Assembly (NCBI GenBank): GCA_963829055.1 | Contig: CAWHHI010000010.1 | Location: 64,001 to 128,000 of the forward strand | Direction: 5' to 3' | Length of the DNA: 64,000 nt | Source: an uncultured Gemmatimonadaceae bacterium | GTDB taxonomy: Bacteria > Gemmatimonadota > Gemmatimonadetes > Gemmatimonadales > Gemmatimonadaceae | Shown: in pieces, positions 10,485-21,303 of the stretch | Position numbering within the stretch: the first letter of the stretch is position 1 | Layout: each line of letters starts with the position of its first letter | Program-made: the position numbers and the translations under genes | The notes under the pieces: model-generated | The model's input: the letters and a program-made list of their open reading frames with translations, nothing else | Database searches by the model: none | What the model was told of the DNA's origin: nothing

Positions 10485-11836
10485 CTAGGTGACGACGATC
10501 GTGCCCTGCATCTTCGGATGCAGCGAGCAGAAGTAGTGATACGTGCCGGCCTTCGCGAGCGTGACGCTGAACCGCTGACCGGTATCGAGCAGCGGTGACG
10601 CCTTGAAGCGCTGCTCCGTGTTCACGATGAGGTGCGGCACATCGTCGTCGTTGACCCACGTGACCGGCGTGCCCGCCTTCACGGTCAGCGTCGGCGGCGT
10701 GAACTGGAAGTTGTCGATGCCGATCTCGTTAGGCGCGAGCACGGTGCGCTTCCGCTCGGCCCGCGCCTGACTCGCCGCGTCGGCGAACGCCGGCGGCTCG
10801 CCGGACAGCGTCGCGTCGACGACGGCGAGCGTGCTGCGCCCGGGAATGAACGTCACGTCCGCGATACCAAGCACGCTCTTCAGCGTCTCCGGCTCGACCT
10901 TCATCGGACCCGGGGCCGGCGCGGTGCCAGGCGTCGGCTGCGGAAAGGCCGTGGACATCGCGGTGTGAAACGAGACGCTGCCTTCGACCTTCTGCATGAT
11001 CTGGTGAATGTGTCCGTTGAGCACGGTCACCGATCCGAAGCGCTTGACGAGCGCGAGCGCCGCCTCGGAGTCGTCCGTGCCCCAGCCCCACTCGGGGTAG
11101 ACCGTCCACAGCGGCACGTGCGCGAACAGCACGATCGGCGTGCTCGCGGGCAACCGTGACACGTCCTTCTCGAGCCACGCGATCTGCTCGGCGCCGAGCG
11201 ACCCGAGTCCGCCGGCCTTGAGGTCGAGCACGTTGACGAGGCCGACGAAGTGCACGCCCTGTGATCGAAGCTGTACCAGCCGCCGCCCTTCGTGCCCTTG
11301 CCGTAGCGCGCGAGGTACGAGACGCCGTTGTCGGTCGCGACGTCGTGCTCGCCCGGGACGTAGAGGACGCGGTCGGTCTTCACCTCCTTCAGGACTTCGT
11401 TGGCCGTGTCGAACTCCGCGGGCTTGGCGAGCTGCGTGATGTCGCCGGTGTGCAGGACGAACGCCGGGGGTTGTGGCAGCGCGTTGAGCTTCGCGACCGC
11501 CTCGCGCAGCGTCGCCGCGACATCCGGGTTCGCTTCCTTGTTGAAGCCGATGTGGCTGTCGCTGATCTGGGCGAAGAAGATGCTCTTCTGCTCGGTCTCG
11601 GTGAGAAACGGGATGCGGCTCATCGCGAAGGACTTTGGGACGCCGCCACTCATGGCCCAGACGGTGGCCGTTCCCGCCCACGCCATGCAGCGCAGGAAGC
11701 CTCGCCGATCGACGCCGTCGTCGCTCAGGTCCGTCTCGATATAGTTGTCGCCGTTGGGACGCGTGTTGGTCTCGTCGTCGAACCGCGCGTCGTCGCGGTC
11801 GTGGTGCGTGTCGTGTGTATCGTGTTCGTCGCTCAC
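10485..11836 (-). CDS. Tat-exported calcineurin-like metallophosphoesterase fused to C-terminal cupredoxin (frameshift ~11262)
   Basis: DRRGFL Tat motif; QISDSH, HTGD, PGEHD, AHVP, NGHIH; cupredoxin ligands VPH...YFCSLHPKM. Confidence 0.85.
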
Positions 11837-11866
11837 TGGAATGCCTCGAGGCAGGGACGCCGACCA

Positions 11867-11893
11867 AGACCGCGAGTCAATTGCCTTTATTCC
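11867..11893 (-). promoter_or_regulatory. Putative ECF promoter GGAATAAA-N15-GTCT for phosphoesterase-cupredoxin gene
   Basis: Minus strand reads GGAATAAA ggcaattgactcgcg GTCT; identical boxes and spacing at 11929-11955 on the plus strand. Confidence 0.7.
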
Positions 11894-11928
11894 GCCGAAT
11901 CCGTCCTTTATCCCTGTGAAAGGCGGCG

Positions 11929-11955
11929 GGAATAAACTCCATGCGTCTGGGGTCT
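11929..11955 (+). promoter_or_regulatory. Putative autoregulatory ECF promoter GGAATAAA-N15-GTCT
   Basis: GGAATAAA ctccatgcgtctggg GTCT directly upstream of the ECF gene. Confidence 0.7.
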
Positions 11956-11963
11956 AGTGATGC

Positions 11964-12515
11964 GTGAAGCCAGCCCGCGATCGGAGTCCAATGACTCAGG
12001 GAGACGTCCAGCGGTTCGAGCGCGTCGTCTTGCCGCACCTCGACGACGCGTATACGCTCGCGCGCTATCTGCTCCGCGATGAGCACGACGCGCAGGACGC
12101 CGTGCAGGAAGCGGCGCTGCGCGCGTTCCGCTACTTCGACGGCTACAGCGGTGGCGACGCCCGCGCCTGGCTGCTCGCGATCGTGCGCAACTGCGCGCTC
12201 AACTCGCGTCGCCGGAATCGCGTGGAGGAGCAGACCGTCTCCTTCACCGACGCCATCGATGTGTCGGCCGACGGAGTTCCGGGCGCTGACGCGGCGGCCA
12301 TCCAGGCGTCGGAACGCGCTCGCGTAAACAGAGCGGTCAACGAGTTGCCCGTCGAATTTCGCGAGGTGGTCGTGCTGCGCGAGCTTCAGGATCTGAGCTA
12401 CAAGGAGATCGGCGACGTGTTAGGCGTTCCGATCGGCACCGTGATGTCACGCCTTGCCAGGGCTCGCCGACGCCTTGCGACGCTGCTCGGCGCCGACGTT
12501 CGTGAGGCGAGCTGA
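11964..12515 (+). CDS. ECF RNA polymerase sigma factor
   Basis: DAQDAVQEA, RAWLLAIVRN, LSYKEIGDVLGVPIGTVMSRLARAR; alternative start at ATG 11991. Confidence 0.95.
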   Translation: MKPARDRSPMTQGDVQRFERVVLPHLDDAYTLARYLLRDEHDAQDAVQEAALRAFRYFDGYSGGDARAWLLAIVRNCALNSRRRNRVEEQTVSFTDAIDVSADGVPGADAAAIQASERARVNRAVNELPVEFREVVVLRELQDLSYKEIGDVLGVPIGTVMSRLARARRRLATLLGADVREAS

Positions 12516-12516
12516 C

Positions 12517-13285
12517 ATGCCCATGGATACGCTCTGTGCGAGATACCGTGATGCGCTCGACGCACGGCTGGATGGCGAGCTGCTGCCTGACGAGTCACGC
12601 GATCTCGACAATCATCTCGCCACCTGCGCGTCGTGCGCGCGCGAGTACGCGACATTGACCGACACTCATCGACTCGTATCGGAGAACCTGATGCGTTACG
12701 CAGCGCCCGATGTCCTCAAGGCACGAATTCGAGGCGCGTTGTCCGAGACCGCCGCACGTGCCACGCCGAAGCACATCCGAACGCCATGGTGGCGTCTCGC
12801 GGCCGCTGGTGTGCGTCATCGCCATGGCGAGCAGCGCGCTGACATTCGCAACGCTCGGCCGCTCTGCCGGCTCGAACGTCACCGACGAATTGCTCGCCTC
12901 ACACGTGCGGTCACTGCAACCCGGGCATCTCACGGACGTCGTGTCCACGAACCAGCATAACGTGAAACCATGGTTCAACGGTCGCGTGGACGTCTCGCCG
13001 TCGGTGCCGAATCTCGATTCCCTTGGCTTCCCGCTCGTGGGTGGACGCACGGACTACGTGGGCGGACGCGCCGTCCCGGTCACCGTGTACGCGCGGCGTC
13101 AGCACATGATCAACGTCTACGCGTGGCCGTCTGGTGACGAGGGCGACGCCCGCCCGCGCGAATCCACGCGGAACGGCTACCACTTCGTGGAATGGCGCTC
13201 GGCGGGACTCGAATATCGAGCGGTATCCGACCTGAACCCGAAGGAGTTGGACCAGTTCGTCGCGGCGTTTTCGAACGCCCGGTAG
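12517..13285 (+). CDS. Transmembrane zinc-binding anti-sigma factor (frameshift ~12810)
   Basis: LDGEL...HLATCASC (HxxxCxxC); DVVSTNQHNVKPWFNGR; AVSDLNPKEL. Confidence 0.9.
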
Positions 13286-13343
13286 CATGACGGCAACGCA
13301 CTGACCGCGGAGCCCGGCCTGCGGATTGCCTATCCGCGGGGAA

Positions 13344-13856
13344 ATGACGCATTTCAGGGAAGACCTCACACCCACGCGCGACGGCGGGCTCGTCGCGATC
13401 GCGTGCTTCAAGCTCCTCAAGGCCGCCGCGCTGATCGCACTCGGACTCGGCGCGTTCAAGCTGCTCAATCCCGCGACGGTCGATCGCCTCACGGGTTGGC
13501 TGCTGCACTTCACTCTGTCGTCCGGCCAACAGTTCCTCGATAGGGCCATCGATCTGCTGAGCACGCTGACCCGGCGGCGCGCGACGGCGCTCGGGGTTGG
13601 CGCGATCGCGTACGGATCGCTGTTCGGCGTCGAGGGGGTCGGCCTCTGGAAGGGGAAACGGTGGGCCGAGTATCTGACGGTTGCCACGACGGGGCTGTTG
13701 ATCCCGGTCGAGATCTACGAGCTCACGAGACGTTTCACCGCCCTGCGCGTGGCGGCGCTCGTGGTCAACATCGCGGCGGTCATCTATCTGGTCTATCGCC
13801 TGCGACACCCACGAGCTCAGACGCCGACCGCTGTCATTCCGAGCGGAGCGCCGTAG
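13344..13856 (+). CDS. DUF2127 membrane protein
   Basis: LVAIACFKLLKA; VEGVGLWKGKRWAEYLTV; IPVEIYE. Confidence 0.85.
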   Translation: MTHFREDLTPTRDGGLVAIACFKLLKAAALIALGLGAFKLLNPATVDRLTGWLLHFTLSSGQQFLDRAIDLLSTLTRRRATALGVGAIAYGSLFGVEGVGLWKGKRWAEYLTVATTGLLIPVEIYELTRRFTALRVAALVVNIAAVIYLVYRLRHPRAQTPTAVIPSGAP

Positions 13857-13977
13857 GCGCGCAGTCGAGCGAGTCGCTTGCTTGAGTCCGAGATAGAGCG
13901 GCTAAGGGCCCTCTACCGAGACGACCACGATTCCTCGACTCGCGCCGCGCCGCTTGGCGGCTCCGCTCGGAATGACA
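13832..13977. repeat. REP-like palindromic element, subfamily B, overlapping DUF2127 3' end
   Basis: TGTCATTCCGAGCGGAGC...GCTCCGCTCGGAATGACA, 18-bp terminal inverted repeat. Confidence 0.9.
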
Positions 13978-13981
13978 TCCG

Positions 13982-14488
13982 TCATCGCAGCGCGAGCCGG
14001 AACGCCTGCTCGCAATCCTCGCCCAGATTGGCGAACGTCGCCGCGTCGTCACCCGTGACCGGACGGAATCCGAGTCGCGTGTAGAGGCGGATCGCGTCGG
14101 TCATGACGTGCGCCGTTTCGAGCACGACGGCGTCCAGCCCGAGCGCGCGCGCATGGTCAATGACGCGCTGGACGGCGAGTTTACCGACGCCAAGCCCTCG
14201 CGCCGATCGGCGGAGGTACACCTTCTTCAGCTCCACCGTCCGGTTCGCGCCCGGCCGCCATCCGAGGACACCCACCGGTTCGTCATTCGACGCGGCGTAG
14301 ATAAGTTCGAACGCGCCGCCACGCGCGTCGTAGTGCGCCTCGAGATCGAGCAGGTCCTTGTCGGACGTCTCCAGCAACAGGCCAAGCCCGTGCTCGGCGA
14401 GCGCTTCGCGGACGATTGCCTGCGCGGTCGCGCAGTCGGCGTTCGTCGCCCGCCGAAATTCCAGCTTCGCTGTCGGCCGCTCGATCAT
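13982..14488 (-). CDS. GNAT family N-acetyltransferase
   Basis: ELKKVYL...RGLGVGK; AIRLYTRLGF. Confidence 0.9.
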   Translation of the reverse strand: MIERPTAKLEFRRATNADCATAQAIVREALAEHGLGLLLETSDKDLLDLEAHYDARGGAFELIYAASNDEPVGVLGWRPGANRTVELKKVYLRRSARGLGVGKLAVQRVIDHARALGLDAVVLETAHVMTDAIRLYTRLGFRPVTGDDAATFANLGEDCEQAFRLALR

Positions 14489-14554
14489 TCGTACCTCCGT
14501 ACGACAGGACGACCCAAATCACTCAGCATGCCGAAATATGCGCAGGCCCGTCCA

Positions 14555-15376
14555 ATGGACGCCAAGCAGTACCTCGATGGCGTACGCATCGTCACGATGG
14601 CGCAGAACGTCCCGGGTCCGCTCGCGGCGGCACGACTGCGTGAAGCCGGGGCGCGCGTGACGAAGATCGAGCCGCCCGCGGGCGATCCGTTCCTGCTGGT
14701 CTCGCCGGCATGGTACGCGGAGATGCACGCCGGCATCCAGGTCGAGCGCATGGATCTGAAAGCCGAGAGCGGGCAAGCCCGAATAGCCGAGTTGCTCGAT
14801 GGCGCCGATGTATTCGTGACGAGTCAGCGACCGTCGGCGTTGACGCGCCTTTGCCTCGACGCCGACACGCTCCGCTCGCGGTTCTCGCGACTGCGCATGC
14901 TCCGCATCGTCGGCAGCGTCCGCGATCCCGAGCGCCCCGGACACGACCTCACCTATCAGGCACAGCGCGGATGCCTCGGCGACGCCATGCCGCGGATGCT
15001 CGCCGCGGACGTGATGGCGTCGGAGCGTGCATTCGCCGCGGCGCTGGCGCTGCTGCAACAGCGGGCTGGCTCCGTGATGGACGTCGGGCTGGTCGAGAGC
15101 CTCGACCCGCTGCTCGCGCCGCTGCGGCATGGTCTGACCGCGCCTGGTGGCACGTTCGGAGGTGGAACGCCGCGCTATCGTCTGTACAACGCGAAGCTCG
15201 GACGGGTTGCGGTTGCGGCGCTCGAGACGCATTTCGAGATTCGGCTCTACGAGCACCTCGAACTTCCTCTCGGCTCGGACCCGTCCGCCCGCTTTCTCGA
15301 GCAGACGGCGGCCGAGTGGGAGGAGTGGGCTCACCAGCGTGACATACCAATCGTTGCTGTGAGAGACATGGATTGA
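14555..15376 (+). CDS. CoA-transferase family III (CaiB/BaiF-like), short form
   Basis: LDGVRIVTMAQNVPGP...GARVTKIEPPAGDP; PGHDLTYQA. Confidence 0.9.
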   Translation: MDAKQYLDGVRIVTMAQNVPGPLAAARLREAGARVTKIEPPAGDPFLLVSPAWYAEMHAGIQVERMDLKAESGQARIAELLDGADVFVTSQRPSALTRLCLDADTLRSRFSRLRMLRIVGSVRDPERPGHDLTYQAQRGCLGDAMPRMLAADVMASERAFAAALALLQQRAGSVMDVGLVESLDPLLAPLRHGLTAPGGTFGGGTPRYRLYNAKLGRVAVAALETHFEIRLYEHLELPLGSDPSARFLEQTAAEWEEWAHQRDIPIVAVRDMD

Positions 15377-15407
15377 GCCATCGACAGGGATCTCAACATC
15401 CACCGTC

Positions 15408-16811
15408 GTGACGGAGACACTGATGGACACGGTCAGCTCGGCACCGCCTCTCGAACGCCCGGCGCTCACGCCGTTCGTGGAGACGCCTAACGGCAACTTC
15501 GTGATGAGTCGGGCAACGCCGGCATGGCCGCTGTGGCAGCGGATCCTGTTCCGCTTCTTCGCCGTCTACTTCGTGCTCGTGGTCGAGCCGTGGGACTGGT
15601 TCCGCGCCATTCCTGGCCTGTCGTGGCTGCTCCAGCCGTACGAGATAGCGATGGACTGGCTCGTGCGCACTGGCAACGCGCATCTGTTCCACGTGCGCGA
15701 GACGCTCGTGCCGCAGAACGGGAGCGGCGACACGTCGTACGGGTGGGCGCGCGTCTGTCTCAACCTGACGCTTGCGGTGGTCGTCTGTCTCGTCTGGACG
15801 GTCCTCGACCGGAAGCGCCCGCATTACGAGCGAGCCGCGTACTGGCTGCGACTCATCGTGCGCTACTACGTCGCGATCGCGGCGCTCAGCTACGGCATCA
15901 TCAAGCTGTTCGTGCTCCAGATGTCCTTCCCGACGCTGAGCCAGCTCGCGACGCCGCTCGGCGACCTCCTGCCGATGCGCCTCTCGTGGCTGTTCATCGG
16001 CTACTCGACGCCGTACCAGGTGTTCTCGGGTGCGATGGAGACCGTCGCCGGGTTGCTGTTGCTCAACAGGCGCACCGTGACGGCGGGGCTGTTCGCTGCC
16101 ACGGGCGCGTTCACGAACGTCGTGATGATCAATCTCGCGTACGACGTGCCGGTCAAGATCTTCGCGTCGCACCTGCTGTTCTCGTGTCTGTTCCTGCTCG
16201 CGCTCGACTCCAGGCGACTGATCGGATTCCTGTTCCTCAATCGTCCCGCGCCGCCAACGCACGCGTACGATCCGATCTTCGTGCGGCCGTGGCAGTGGTG
16301 GGGCAGCATCGCGGTGAAGCTGTTCATCGTCTACCAGATTCTCGTGCAGCCGCTGCAACGAAGCTGGACGCGGTATCACGACCTCAAGAAGCCGCCCGTC
16401 CCGGGACCGTTCGCGGCGGGCGTGTACGACGTGCGGAGCTACGTCGTCAATGGAGATACGGTGCCGCTGACGAGTGCGGACACGCTCCGCTGGCGGGACG
16501 TCATCATCGACAACGCCGGCGCGGGGAGCGTGAACTCGAGAGATCCGGTGTTCTGGCAGCGGTATCGGCGCGGCTATTTCCGCTATCGTCCGGATACAGC
16601 GACGCGCACGGTCGCGGTGTGGAAGACATCGACGATTCCGGGCGACAGCACGTTCCTGTTCACGATGCGGTACGAGGTCCCGGATTCGACGACGGTCCGG
16701 TTCGCGTTAGGCCTGCGTGGGGATTCGGTACGGGTCGATCTCGTGCGCACGCCGCGCCACTTCCAGCTGACGGAGCGTCAGTTCCACTGGCTGTCGGAGT
16801 ACAACCGATAG
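15408..16811 (+). CDS. Multi-pass membrane protein (DoxX-like)
   Basis: GSGDTSYGW; YGIIKLFVLQM; PMRLSWLFIGYS; INLAYDVPVK; C-terminal FQLTERQFHWLSEYNR. Confidence 0.75.
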   Translation: MTETLMDTVSSAPPLERPALTPFVETPNGNFVMSRATPAWPLWQRILFRFFAVYFVLVVEPWDWFRAIPGLSWLLQPYEIAMDWLVRTGNAHLFHVRETLVPQNGSGDTSYGWARVCLNLTLAVVVCLVWTVLDRKRPHYERAAYWLRLIVRYYVAIAALSYGIIKLFVLQMSFPTLSQLATPLGDLLPMRLSWLFIGYSTPYQVFSGAMETVAGLLLLNRRTVTAGLFAATGAFTNVVMINLAYDVPVKIFASHLLFSCLFLLALDSRRLIGFLFLNRPAPPTHAYDPIFVRPWQWWGSIAVKLFIVYQILVQPLQRSWTRYHDLKKPPVPGPFAAGVYDVRSYVVNGDTVPLTSADTLRWRDVIIDNAGAGSVNSRDPVFWQRYRRGYFRYRPDTATRTVAVWKTSTIPGDSTFLFTMRYEVPDSTTVRFALGLRGDSVRVDLVRTPRHFQLTERQFHWLSEYNR

Positions 16812-16813
16812 GT

Positions 16814-16972
16814 TGTCATTCCGAGCGGAGGCCGTCAGGCCGCAGTCGAGGAATCGCGATCGTCCCGATAGAGCGGCCCCTCTACCTGTATGAGCGCGAT
16901 TCCTCATGCGCCCACCTTCGGCGGGCACCCGGCTGTCGCTCGCTCGGAATGACACCCTTCGCTCGGAATGAC
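16814..16972. repeat. REP-like palindromic element, subfamily B, with duplicated right end
   Basis: TGTCATTCCGAGCG left end; TCGCTCGGAATGAC occurs twice (ending about 16953 and 16972). Confidence 0.9.
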
Positions 16973-16975
16973 GAA

Positions 16976-17672
16976 TCAGCGCGATCGGTCCGTGAAGATG
17001 TACGCCACCCCGCGCTTCTGCGCTCGCTGCATCGCGACGAAGACGTCAGGCACGAGGACCGCTCCCTCGACGAGTCCCGCCGCCAGCTCGTCGTGCAGCG
17101 CCTCAGGCGTTGTGCCAGCGCGCGCGAGACGCTTCGACAGGTTGAGCACCGCGACGTTGCAGACCACGAACGTCACGCCGCGCTTCATGAGGTCCGCCAC
17201 CGCCGCGTCGGGCGGCTCCCCGTCCTGCGGCGTGAGGTAGATGTTGCGCGTCGCTGGCGCGCTGGTCTTCGGATCGTTCACCTTGTAGAACTCGCCTAAC
17301 GCGAATCGCTGCCACACGTCGTCACGAAACAGCCCCTGGATCGCCGACCCGTGCGTGATGACGGCGATGCTCTGCTGCCCGTCCGGAACGCCATACATGT
17401 CACGCGCATTCGCCAGCATGTTCCGCGCGTCGACGAGCGCGGTCATGAAGTACTGATGCGCGTGGATCATGACCTTCTGCTGGCCCTTGAGGCGCGCGAT
17501 CCACGCGTCCGGGTCAGCGTTGCCCGAGAGCAGCCGCGGGTGTCGTCGCCGATTCGAGGCGACCGGGATCGACGAGCAGTGCGGAGAGTGCGGCCGTCGC
17601 CTGGGACAGGCGGACAAGAAAGCCGCGACGCGCGACGGCCCGCGCGACTGGTGGCGAGGACGTGTGTTGCAT
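16976..17672 (-). CDS. Tat-exported DsrE/F-like protein (frameshift ~17525)
   Basis: ARRGFL Tat motif; AVITHGSA; RGVTFVVCNVA; QRAQKRGVAYI. Confidence 0.7.
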
Positions 17673-17879
17673 GACTCCTCCACGTTCGACGAGTCCTTGA
17701 CGCGCTCCCGCCTCCCTCGGCAGGCTCTGGCGCGCAGCGGAGGCTCCGTCGATCCGTCTACAATAGCAGCCGCGGGGGCGAACGGGAAGATCAGCTGGGT
17801 GAGCTCGCCTCGGCCGCAGACCGGTCAATGGCGACCACACGCCCTCCAACAGCTCGGACGATGAGCATGCCCATCGTGC

Positions 17880-20800
17880 CTAACGTCCGGCGCTCGCACG
17901 CTCGAGCCGGGCGAGCTCCGCCCGCACATGCGACACCTCGGGCACGAGCGCCGGCTCGGGATTCGAACGCCTGATGAGGTAGATCCGATACGCCCGGATC
18001 GCGGCTTCCCTATCGCCCACGAGCGCGGCGAGACGTCCTGCTTCTCGCTGCCACGCCGATTCGTAGTGATTCGGGCCGGTACCACGAACTCGCCGCCTCA
18101 AGGCCGCGAGCGCGCGACGCTGATCCCCGCGTGCTTCCCACAGGCGAGCAGCCACACGACCCGCAATCGTCGTGAAGCGGGCGTCGTGGTGACCGAATCG
18201 CGTGGCGCTATCGAGACGCGCCAGCACGTCGCTCGCGTCCGGGCGTCGCTCCAGAGCTGCCACCTGCGCATCGAGCAGGAGCGCGCGCTCCTCCGTCACC
18301 TCGGCCAGCCAGCTGCTGTCCTTTGGCGGCACGTAGGCACGGAGCCAGGAGACTGTGCGGCGAGCAACGGACGCGTCGCCCATCGACAACCGATACTGAG
18401 CGAGTACGAGTGCGGCGTCCACGCGGTCTGCGAGCGCGACGTCCGCCCTCGGGTCCTTGCTGTCACCCGCGGCTCCGACCGGCGACGACGTTCTCAACGC
18501 CGCGGCGACGATCGGTTCGAGCGTCCGCGCCGCCGCTGCGCCGGCAACGGAATCACCGTCGGCGAAAACCGATGCGAGCGCGACCTCGCGCGCGACCGCG
18601 GGAGTCGCGAGCATGTCGGCCGAAGCCGCAGCAGCTTCGCGAGGACGTCCTCGCTCTATCGGGACACGCAAACGCCAGATGCGCGAGTTGCAGTCGCTCC
18701 TCTGACGTGATCGTCTGCGGGGCGAGCAGATCGAGCGCGCGCTGGGCGACGTCCAGCCCGCGATGATTGTACAAGGTGCCAGGGACGATCCCCGCGAGGA
18801 CCGGCCGGGGAAGGCGCGGCATTTCCGCACGGAACGCTCGCGCGCGCACGCTGTCGGCCTCGAGCAATGCGAGCTGCAGCCCGTAGAACCCTTGCGCGAG
18901 CGCAGGGATTCGGCGCTGGCCAATGGCGAACAGTTGCCGGTAGTGAGCGGAGTCACCTGCTTCGGAGTAGAGGCCCGACAGGTGGATGTACGACGGAGTG
19001 AAGGCGGAGTCGAGCGCGATGGCGCGGGAGAACGCGCGGAGCGCGCGCTCGTCGGCATCGGCAATGCCAAGGATCCCTCCTCCGTGGTAGAGCGCATCGC
19101 CGAGGTCGAACCAGCCTTCCGCGTTGTCGGGCGCGAGACTCGTTAGGCGCTCCGCGGCGTCGAACCACTCGGAATACGTCTTGGGGGCGGGGTACCTGGG
19201 CCCCAGCGTCGCCTCCGCAAGCGCAGCATCGGGTCGGGAAAGCCGAGCACGGCCACGCGCGAGGATGTGTCCACCGACCGCGATGGCGCGTGCCTGGTCC
19301 GCCGCGGTCTGACCGCCCCATCCCGCCGTCCGCACCAGGCCAAGCGCGGCGAGCGTGAAGGAAGAGTCGAGCTCCACGGCGCGGAAATAGGATTGCATGG
19401 CAGCGCTCGCGTTCCCCGCGCGATACAACGATCGCCCGTCCAGGTACGCCCGGAGTGCCGGCAGTGATGTGCTCGTCAGAGCGGCGAGGCGAGGCGCGGA
19501 CTCGCCGGCGCCTAACGATCCCAGCTGGGCCGCGAGTCGATCGACGAGCGCGGGAAGGCTGTCGGCGGGTCCTGTCGCGGTTGCAGGCTCGCGGCCCGGC
19601 TGAGCCGGGACGAGTGTGGCGGTAAGGGTGAGGTTCGCGCTCGTACCGGCGAGCTCCCCCAGGATGAGTCTCCCCGCGCCGATCGCGTGCGCGACACGCA
19701 ATGCGTCCTCGTCGACGAGATCGCCATCGCCCCTGGCTGCTCGATGCCACGCGCCCAGCGTGGTGCGAGGGTCGATGGCCCGCAGACCTCCGATTCCTGC
19801 CACCTTCGCGGCCAGCAAGTCCACCATGCCGTCGCGGAGGTAGTGCAGCGATGGATCGGCCCCGGACACGCGGAACGGGGCGATCGCGACGACGTTCAGG
19901 CTGGGATCTACAGGCGCGGCCCGACCGCGCCACCAGGCTGCTCCGGCGCCTAACGCGCCGGCCAGCAGCGCGAGCGCAATGGGTGCGCGCCACCTCGAGC
20001 GCGCCGGCGACGCCGCACCTGGCCGGGCTTGGGGACTCGACGACTCCGGCGACGAGCCGATCGTATCGAGCAGTCGCAGGACCTCCGCGGCGGTCGCCGG
20101 CCGATCGTCCGGACGCTTGGCGAGCAGTCGCATGACGAGCGAGCCAAGGGCGGCTGGAACGTCGGCGCGATGCGTCACGACATCGGGCGGTGTTTCCGCG
20201 ACGTGCGCCGCGATGACCGCCTGCCCTGTTCGATCGCCGAACGGCAGTCTTCCGGTGAGCGTCTCCCACGCAAGCACGCCCAGGGCATAGAGGTCGACGC
20301 GGTGGTCCGCGGCGGGATCGGCGAGCGCCTGCTCCGGCGCCATGTAGGCCGGCGTGCCTAACGCCATTCCGCGCAGGGTCATGCTACTGGTCGAGGGCTC
20401 CCTCGCGCTCTCAGCGCCCGCGCTGCGGGCACCCGCCTCGGGAGCCTCGGGACGGTGACTGCCGCTCGCGGCGGTCAGTGCCTTCCCAATGCCGAAGTCG
20501 GCGACCAACGCGACGGGACCGGAGAGCAGCACGTTGTCCGGCTTGATGTCCCGATGCACGACGCCTTCACCGTGGGCGTACGCGAGCGCGCGCGCGACGT
20601 CGCGCAGCAGGCTCACGACGTCGGCGACTGGGAGCGCCCCTCCCTGCGCAAGCCGGTGGCGCAAGGACTCCCCGCGCACGAACGGCATGGTGTAGTACGG
20701 GAGTCCGCCGGCGGTCCCCGCGGTCAGGAGCGGGACGATGTTGGGATGCTGCAGCCGCGCCACGAGCCTCACTTCACGCGTGAACCGATCGGCCGACAGC

Positions 20801-20964
20801 CCTTCCGCCAACTCACGCGGCAGGACCTTGAGGACGACGGTCCTGCCTAACGCTGGCTCGTGCGCCACGAAGACGCGGGACATGCCACCGCCGCCGAGCT
20901 CACGCTCGATGGTGTAGGCCGTGCCCAACGCCGATTGGAGGTGGGCGCCGAAGTCGGATTGCAT
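17880..20964 (-). CDS. Ser/Thr protein kinase with TM segment, TolB-like and TPR-like C-terminal region (frameshift ~18665)
   Basis: ELGGGGMSRV, VLKV, HRDIKPDN, DFG, YMAPE; TM helix then VVAIAPF. Confidence 0.92.
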
Positions 20965-21033
20965 TGGCGGGCCGGTCACGTCGAGCCGCGGTTCAGACGA
21001 CCCAGTCGCACGACCATCGGGCGGCCGACAACG

Positions 21034-21252
21034 TCAGACGGACATGTTGACGGCCATCAGGTCGTCGCCGGCGTACGGGCGAATAGCCGTGGCGTTGCCA
21101 TCCTCTGTTTGCAGGCGCCAGATGAAGCCAGGCGTCTCGTCGGCAAGCGCGTTGATCGGATCGAGCTGCGTCCGAAAGCCTTCCATGATCGGCGTGTCGA
21201 GCGGCGCCCGAAATCGCCCAATGTTCACTTGTGCCAGGTGAAAACGCGTCAC
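21034..21252 (-). pseudogene. Truncated DUF3291 family gene (N-terminal half only)
   Basis: FHLAQVNIGR...INALADETPGFIWRLQTEDGNAT...VNMSV then stop; no room for the rest before the kinase gene. Confidence 0.75.
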
Positions 21253-21303
21253 TGCTCGCCTCCAGTGCCCATCGCGTGACGCCGGCGTTAGGCCGGCGTT
21301 GGT

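Noticed and set aside
21034..21036. TGA recoded as Trp in the DUF3291 gene
   Set aside because: Sequence after the TGA does not continue the family pattern, and TGA is a normal stop elsewhere in the window.
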